64,000 bases of DNA, taken from assembly GCA_002269645.1 (NCBI GenBank), contig NIVC01000056.1, forward strand, positions 496,001-560,000, read 5' to 3'. Source of the stretch: Macrostomum lignano. Its lineage: Eukaryota. Under the pieces are notes generated by a model that was not told where the DNA came from, searched no databases, and saw only the letters and a program-made list of their open reading frames with translations. The number at the start of each line of letters is the position of its first letter. Position 1 is the first letter of the stretch. The position numbers and the translations under genes are program-made. Positions 57,031-64,000 of this stretch are shown one piece after another.

Positions 57031-57465
57031 ATGGGCAAAGTGCGCAGAACCAAGAAGCCGCCGCCAGACGGCTACGAGATGATCGAGCCCACCCTGGAGG
57101 AGCTCAACAGGAAGATGCGCGAGGCCGAGCGCGAGCCGCACGAAGGCAAGCGCAAAGTGGAGGCCGAGTGGCCGATCTTCCGCATCCACCACCAGCGCAC
57201 CCGCTACATATTCGACCTCTACCACAAGCGCAAGGCCATCTCTCGCGAGCTGTTCGACTACTGCATCAAAGAGAAGCTGGCGGACACCAGCCTCATGGCC
57301 AAGTGGAAGAAGCAAGGATACGAGAACCTGTGCTGCCTGCGCTGCATCCAGAGCCGCGACACCAACTTTGCCACCAGCTGCATCTGCCGGGTGCCCAAGA
57401 GCAAACTGGAGGAAGGCAAAATTGTTGAATGTCAAAACTGCGGCTGCCGCGGCTGCTCCGGCTGA
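57031..57465 (+). CDS. BUD31: Protein BUD31 (G10) spliceosome component, intronless, 144 aa
   Basis: [22 protein letters not shown]...[14 protein letters not shown]...[18 protein letters not shown]...CICRVPK...[12 protein letters not shown] are hallmark G10 motifs. Confidence 0.98.
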   Translation: MGKVRRTKKPPPDGYEMIEPTLEELNRKMREAEREPHEGKRKVEAEWPIFRIHHQRTRYIFDLYHKRKAISRELFDYCIKEKLADTSLMAKWKKQGYENLCCLRCIQSRDTNFATSCICRVPKSKLEEGKIVECQNCGCRGCSG

Positions 57466-57609
57466 GCGGCCTTCTGCCGGCTTAGCCGATTGATTTGTTT
57501 TATTCCGCGATTAGGCACCGGACTTGGGACTCGTTTGACCTGATGATGTAGCTTCTAGGGATTATGAGCTATGATTGCAAATCTAAAAAACTTGCAATCT
57601 ACTCTAACC

Positions 57610-57805
57610 TGTGGATTGCTAATCTAGCCTGTGGGTCATGGTGTACTATGGGATTGCTAATCTAGCCTGTGGGTCATGGTGTACTATGGGATTGCTAATC
57701 TAGCCTGTGGGTTGCTAATCTAGCCTGTGGATCATGGTGTACTATGGGATTGCTAATCTAGCCTGTGGATTGCTAATCTAACCTGTGGATTGCTAATCTA
57801 GCCTC
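57610..57805. repeat. Short ~19/38-bp tandem repeat (GGATTGCTAATCTAGCCTGTG...)
   Basis: Direct reading. Confidence 0.85.
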
Positions 57806-58244
57806 TAATAATCCGTTTTTAAATAATCTATAAATCTACGTGTCTCAGCTATTCAGAAATACAGCGGCAAACTCAAACTTAACAATTAAACCCGTTTGGT
57901 ACTCCCGTACTGCTAATAATCGCTGCATTATTATTGCGCTACTTTCAATGTCCTTCGTGTTGTAATAAACTTCAAATATCTGGCAACTCCTTTAATCATT
58001 TAGTTTGTTTTATTTGTTTATTTTAAGCTTGTGTTGAATTACAGAAGTTTTGGATCTCGAAAGGTTAAAAGTAGGAACCCAAAGTAGATTGCTGGACTTA
58101 CAAAAGTAACTCTTTCGATACTTTATTAGTAGCGGAATTCGTGGAATCCAGTTCCTGACTAGCGAACTCAGTGAGTTGCCGTTTTCATCAGTGTCAGCTG
58201 AAAAAAAGTATGAAAAAAACGTTTTTAAACCAAAATGATCAAAC

Positions 58245-59320
58245 CCTGGTTAGACACTCACCTGAAGGATTAGAGACTGGGTTAGGCACTCACCTGAAGG
58301 ATCAGATACAGGGTTAGAAATCTCACCTGAAGGATCAGAGACAGGGTTAGACACTCACCTGAAGGATCAGAGACAGGTTTAGAAATCTTACCTGAAGGAT
58401 CAGAGACAGGGTTAGACACTCGCCTTAAGGATCAGAGACAGGGTTGGACACTCACCTGAAGGATCAGAGACAGGGTTAGACACTCACATGAAGGATCAGA
58501 TACAGGGTTAGAAATCTCACCTGAAGGATCAGAGACGGGGTTAGACACTCACCTGATTTTCAGAGACGGGGTTAGAAATCTCACCTGAAGGATCAGAGAC
58601 AGGGTTAGACACTCACCTGAAGGATCAGAGACAGGTTTAGAAATCTTACCTGAAGGATCAGAGACAGGGTTAGACACTCGCCTTAAGGATCAGAGACAGG
58701 GTTGGACACTCACCTGAAGGATCAGAGACAGGGTTAGACACTCACATGAAGGATCAGATACAGGGTTAGAAATCTCACCTGAAGGATCAGAGACGGGGTT
58801 AGACACTCACCTGATTTTCAGAGACGGGGTTAGAAATCTCACCTGAAGGATCAGAGACAGGGTTAGACACTCACCTGAAGGATCAGAGACAGGTTTAGAA
58901 ATCTTACCTGAAGGATCAGAGACAGGGTTAGACACTCGCCTTAAGGATCAGAGACAGGGTTGGACACTCACCTGAAGGATCAGAGACAGGGTTAGACACT
59001 CACATGAAGGATCAGATACAGGGTTAGAAATCTCACCTGAAGGATCAGAGACGGGGTTAGACACTCACCTGATTTTCAGAGACGGGGTTAGAAATCTCAC
59101 CTGAAGGATCAGAGACAGGGTTAGACACTCACCTGAAGGATCAGAGACAGGGTTAGAAATCTCACCTGAAGGATCAGAGACGGGGTTAGACACTCACCTG
59201 AAGGATCAGAGACAGGGTTAGAAATCTCACCTGAAGGATCAGAGACAGGGTTAGACACTCACCTGAAGGATCAGAGACAGGGTTAGACACTCACCTGAAG
59301 GATCAGGGACAGGGTTAGAA
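58245..59320. repeat. 32/33-bp minisatellite with a 258-bp (8-monomer) higher-order repeat
   Basis: Unit GGGTTAGACACTCACCTGAAGGATCAGAGACA. The diagnostic variant GGTTTAGAAATCTTACC recurs at 58376, 58634 and 58892, a spacing of 258. Confidence 0.96.
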
Positions 59321-59465
59321 TCTCGCCTCTAGTCCAGTGATAGAATTCCAGCCCAGCTGAAGTGCCAATGCAGGACTTAGAAGCCCCCTGAAGTTCGAAT
59401 TTCCAGAGGCACCCTGAAGCACTCTAACTAGCAGACACACTGCACTGATAATTGCAGCATCCGGC

Positions 59466-62400
59466 ATGTCTGTGCTGATCGAGACCTCCCTAGGCGACAT
59501 CACGGTAGACCTGTACTGCAGGGAGCGGCCCCGCTGCTGCGAGAACTTCCTGAAACTGTGCAAAGTGAAGTACTACAACTGGTGCCTGTTCCACTCTGTG
59601 CAGCGCGGCCTGGTGGCTCAGACTGGCGACCCCACTGGCAGCGGCAGCGGCGGGGAGGCCGTGTACGCCATGCTGGGTGGCGAGAAGTACTTTGATAGGG
59701 AGCTGCGGCCGAAGATGAAGCACCTGCGCAGAGGCTGCGTGAGCATGGTTAATAGCGGCTCGGATAGGCACGGCTCGCAGTTCTTCATCACTCTGGGCGA
59801 CTCAATCGACTCACTGGATGGCGTGCACACCGTTTTCGGCCAGGTGGCCGAAGGCTTCGACATCTTGGACAAGTTGAACGAGGTCTACTGCGACAGGGAC
59901 CACCGGCCGTTCCAGGATGTCCGTATCTACCACACCATTGTGCTGGACGACCCGTTCCCGGATCCGCCAGGACTGGTCATTCCTGACAGGTGATTGATTT
60001 ATTGACTGATGGATTTATTTACCTCTGTTAGCCATCTGCTCTCCCCACCTGCCCAACCTACCCAATCAATCTCCTAACCTACTCAACCAATCCCCAACCC
60101 CAACCTACCCAGGGAATTCTCCATCTTACCCAACTAGTCTCCTAACCCAATCTCCCAACCTACCCAACCAGTCTCCCAACCTACCCACCAGTCTCCCAAC
60201 CTACCCAACCAATCCCCAACCTACCCGATCAGTCTCCCAAACCTACCCAACCCATCCCCAACCTACCCGATCAGTCTCTCAAACCTACCCAACCAATCCC
60301 CAACCTACCCGATCAGTCTCCCAAACCTACCCAACCCATCCCCAACCTACCCGATCAGTCTCCCAAACCTACCCAACCCATCCCCAACCTACCCGATCAG
60401 TCTCCCAAACCTACCCAACCAATCCCCCAACCTACCCGATCAGTCTCTCAAACCTACCCAACCAACCCCCAACCTACCCGATCAGTCTCCCAAACCTACC
60501 CAACCGATCCCCAACCTACCCGATCAGTCTCCCAAACCTACCCAACCAATCCCCTATCCCCCAACCTACCCGATCAGTCTCTCAAACCTACCCAACCGAT
60601 CCCCCAACCTACCCGATCAGTCTCCCAAACCTACCCAACCGATCCCCCAGCCTACCCGATCAGTCTCCCAAACCTACCCAACCAATCCCCAACCTACCCG
60701 ATCAGTCTCCCAAACCTACCCAACCCATCCCCAACCTACCCGACCAGGTCGCCGGAGCCCAGTGCGGAGCAGCTGGCTCGCACTGATCGCATCGGCGCCG
60801 AGGATGCCATAGACGACACGGAAGGCCTGACGCAGGAGGAGGCGGCCGAGTACCACAGGCAGCGGGAGGCGCAGTCGAACGCCCGCCTGTTGGCGATGAT
60901 CGGCGACCTGCCAGACGAAGACGTGAAGCCGCCAGACAACGTGCTGTTCGTCTGCAAGCTGAACCCCGTCACCACGGACGACGACTTGAACACCATCTTC
61001 AGCCGGTTTGGCGAGATTCACTCCTGCGAAGTGATCCGGAGCAAGCGGACTGGTGAGAGTTGCGAGTCTGTTGCGTCGAGCAAGATATTTATATCAGACA
61101 TTGCCTACTGACCAGTAGCGAGGAAAGAGTATATATATCAAACTTTTGCCCGTGTGTAACCCGATGAAAATGATGCCTAGGTCAAGGAGCGTTCCAGCGT
61201 CAGTTGCGGGTAACACATAATATTAATACTTGATTACACCTGCCTTAATGGGCAGATGTGCAACCGACAGCTCAGCCGCAGCCAAGGACTGGTGGGTCGC
61301 CACACACAGCCTCAATTACCCCAGCTAATGCTGGCACCCATTTTACAGCTGGGTGAACTGAAGCAATGCAGAGTTAAGTGTCTTGCTCAAGGACACAATT
61401 TTTTTCGAGTGACTCAAGAATCGAACCCCCGACCTTTCAATCGTAAGTCCGACGCGCTGACCACTAGGCTACAACCTCTTGGGTAACACAGGTATTGTCA
61501 CTGTAGAGACGAGATGTCACTGTAGAAGTCGCTAAAAAGTCGTCATAGAGTCAATTTAAGACATTTTATTGTCTTCGACTCTGAACTGTCTCTGGGGCCG
61601 TAAATTTGTATCTGAGGCGTGCTGGAGTCGCTGTAGAACCACTGAGTTGCATCTAAAGCGCATCTGCGCCACTTTATGAATCAGAACCGCATTTCGCATT
61701 TAATAAAAACTCCAATTATTCTACTTAAGTCAGTAGGAAGTTAAGCGCAAACACAAAGACTCTTGGACTTTTTTGTGACTTTTCTTTACGATTCTCCAAG
61801 TCATGTGATGCGCTCGTGACTCAACAGTCGCCTCTGCGTCTCATTGCAGTCGTTTGAGTCGTTAATAATACGCTCGTAGTGATGCAATATATGAGTAGCG
61901 ATGAACTAAATAAATCAAAATTTCTTCTTTATATCTCTCAGGGGGTGTAGCCTAGTGGTTAGAGCGTCGGACTTACGATTGAAAGGTCGGGGGTTCGATT
62001 CTCGACCCACTTGGAACAATTTGTGTCCTTGAGCAAGCCACCTAACTCTGCATTGCTTCAGTTCACCCAGCTGTAAAATGGGTGCCAGCATTAGCTGGGG
62101 GAATTGAGGGTGTGCGGCGACCCCCCAGTCCTTGGACTGAACCACTTCCCATGAGGGCAGGTGTAATTAATTATTATTATTCATTATTATTATTATTCTT
62201 TATATCACACCCATCCGCAGGCGAGTCGCTTCAATACGCGTTTATCGAATTCGACAAAGCCGACGACTGCGAGGCGGCCTACTTCAAGATGGACAACGTG
62301 CTGATCGACGACCGTCGGATTCACGTCGACTTCTGCCAGTCGGTGGCCAAGGTGTGGCGCGATTTTCGTCGGGACAAAGCGACCGCTGCGGCTGGCAAGC

Positions 62401-62975
62401 GGCATAGCCAGCAGCAGCAACGGCGCCGGTCTCCAAGTCCCGCTGCTAATAATGGGTCGCGGAACCGCCGGTCGCCGAGTCCCGATCAGCAGCAGAGATC
62501 CCGGAATCGCCGGTCTCCGAGTCCCGATCAGCAGAGATCCCGGAACCGCCGGTCTCCGAGTCCCGATCAGCAGCAGAGATCCCGGAACCGCCGGTCTCCG
62601 AGTTCAGATCAGCAGCAGAGATCCCGGAACCGCCGGTCTCCGAGTTCAGATCAGCAGCAGAGATCCCGGAATCGCCGGTCTCCGAGTCCAGATCAGCAGC
62701 AGAGGTCCCGGAACCGCCGGTCTCCGAGTCCAGATCAGCAGCAGAGATCCCGGAATCGCCGGTCTCCGAGTCCCAAACAGCAGCAGAGGTCCCGGAATCG
62801 CCGGTCTCCGAGTCCCGAACAGCAGCACAGATACCGCTCACGCCGGTCTCCTAGAGAAAGTCCAGCTCATAAAAAATCCAAGCACAATCGTCGATCCCGC
62901 TCCAGGTCCCGCAGCAAGTCCCACGGTGACAGCAGGAGCAAAGGAACTTCCTCGTCAAGGTCCCGCTATCGTTAG
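59466..62975 (+). CDS. PPIL4: Peptidyl-prolyl isomerase-like 4 (cyclophilin + RRM + RS-rich tail), ~527 aa, 3 exons
   Basis: Exons 59466-59989, 60748-61052 and 62221-62975, phase-consistent (1584 nt). Cyclophilin domain [17 protein letters not shown]..., RRM motifs [15 protein letters not shown]...SLQYAFIEF...[19 protein letters not shown], and an RS tail. Confidence 0.96.
60055..60745. repeat. C-rich ~42-bp minisatellite in PPIL4 intron 1
   Basis: Unit CCCAACCTACCCGATCAGTCTCCCAAACCTACCCAACCCATC. Confidence 0.93.
61230..61476 (-). mobile_element. SINE family A copy (PPIL4 intron 2)
   Basis: Same body as the other copies. Confidence 0.85.
61941..62197 (+). mobile_element. SINE family A copy, sense orientation, with (ATT)n tail
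   Basis: Reads GGGGTGTAGCCTAGTGGTTAGAGCGTCGGACTTACGATTGAAAGGTCGGGGGTTCGATTCTCGACC (tRNA head with A and B boxes), then the CORE-like domain, then GGGCAGGTGTAATT(ATT)n. Confidence 0.9.
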
Positions 62976-63324
62976 CCTGACCGCGTAGGTTCTCGACTAA
63001 CTTGGGCCGGCATTTTTGCTTCACTACCATGCCATAGCTGTGCTGTAATGTAGCTTTGATGTTGCGCCCACTGTAATAAAGCATTTCTTATTATTATTGA
63101 TTGACCTAAAAGGACGAGCAAAGACCCGCTAAACTTCTCTTGTTTGTCTGTCTGTTTGAATCTGTGCATTTTTGCTCTACTTGTTCAAGTACATGTAAAC
63201 ATGCGCTTCAATAATTAACAATGGCCTGCTCGATATTGCATTTCGGCACTTATTTACTTCTTATTCAATAGATAGCGAGTTTATCATCAAGAGAATTAGC
63301 AGGCGCTCAGGGTTAGGCCTCAAC

Positions 63325-64000
63325 AACCAGCCTCCCAGATCCTCAGTTGCTGGGCCAGCCTCCCAGAGTGTCAGTTGCTGGACCAGCCTCCCAGAGTGTC
63401 AGTTGCTGGGCCAGCCTCCCAGATCCTCAGTTGCTGGGCCAGCCTCCCAGATCCTCAGTTGCTGGGCCAGCCTTCCAGAGTGTCAGTTGCTGGGCCAGCC
63501 TCCCAGATCCTCAGTTGCTGAGCCAGCCTCCCAGATCCTCAGTTGCTGTGCCAGCCTCCCAGATCCTCAGTTGCTGTGCCAGCCTCCCAGATCCCCAGTT
63601 GCTGGGCCAGCCTCCCAGATCCTCAGTTGCTGTGCCAGCCTCCCAGATCCTCAGTTGCTGGGCCAGCCTCCCAGATCCTCAGTTGCTGGGCCAGCCTCCC
63701 AGATCCTCAGTTGCTGTGCCAGCCTCCCAGATCCTCAGTTGCTGTGCCAGCCTCCCAGATCCTCAGTTGCTGGGCCAGCCTCCCAGATCCTCAGTTGCTG
63801 TGCCAGCCTCCCAGATCCTCAGTTGCTGTGCCAGCCTCCCAGATCCTCAGTTGCTGTGCCAGCCTCCCAGATCCTCAGTTGCTGTGCCAGCCTCCCAGTT
63901 CGTCAGTTGCTGGGCCAGCCTCCCAGATCCTCAGTTGCTGGGCCAACCTCCCAGATCCTCAGTTGCTGGGCCAGCCTCCCAGATCCTCAGTTGCTGGGCC
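63325..64000. repeat. 28-bp minisatellite (CCAGCCTCCCAGATCCTCAGTTGCTGGG), runs off the window
   Basis: Direct reading. Confidence 0.96.

Noticed and set aside
61941-62015. tRNA gene
   Set aside because: It is the tRNA-derived head of a SINE: it continues into the shared SINE body and lacks a clean cloverleaf 3' end.

Overview
Eukaryotic (animal) genomic DNA. GC-rich exons and minisatellite-filled introns suggest a free-living flatworm such as Macrostomum; that assignment is inference only. Spliced gene models were rebuilt by hand from GT-AG sites and frame arithmetic. They are the 3' part of a TRP-like channel (+), a highly divergent ETS-domain transcription factor (-), an SLC9B/NHA Na+/H+ antiporter (-), a 10-exon CDKL1-type kinase with a cluster of RFX X-boxes (-), an orphan multi-TM protein (-), AMN1 (-), BUD31 (+) and PPIL4 (+). 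Mobile DNA includes tRNA-derived CORE-like SINEs, a TA-flanked MITE and a decayed Crypton-type tyrosine-recombinase element. There is also a 2.2-kb TG...CA promoter-bearing element inside a (TATC)n tract, and a 5'-inverted Penelope copy with a 13-bp TSD and two hammerhead ribozyme cores. The most unusual feature is a ~5-kb domain (52.0-56.9 kb) that has lost almost all CpG and contains a C>T/G>A-riddled transposase relic, while neighbouring genes and younger insertions keep their CpGs. Most long ORFs in the ORF track are artefacts of tandem repeats. All counts were made by eye, and no database search was run.
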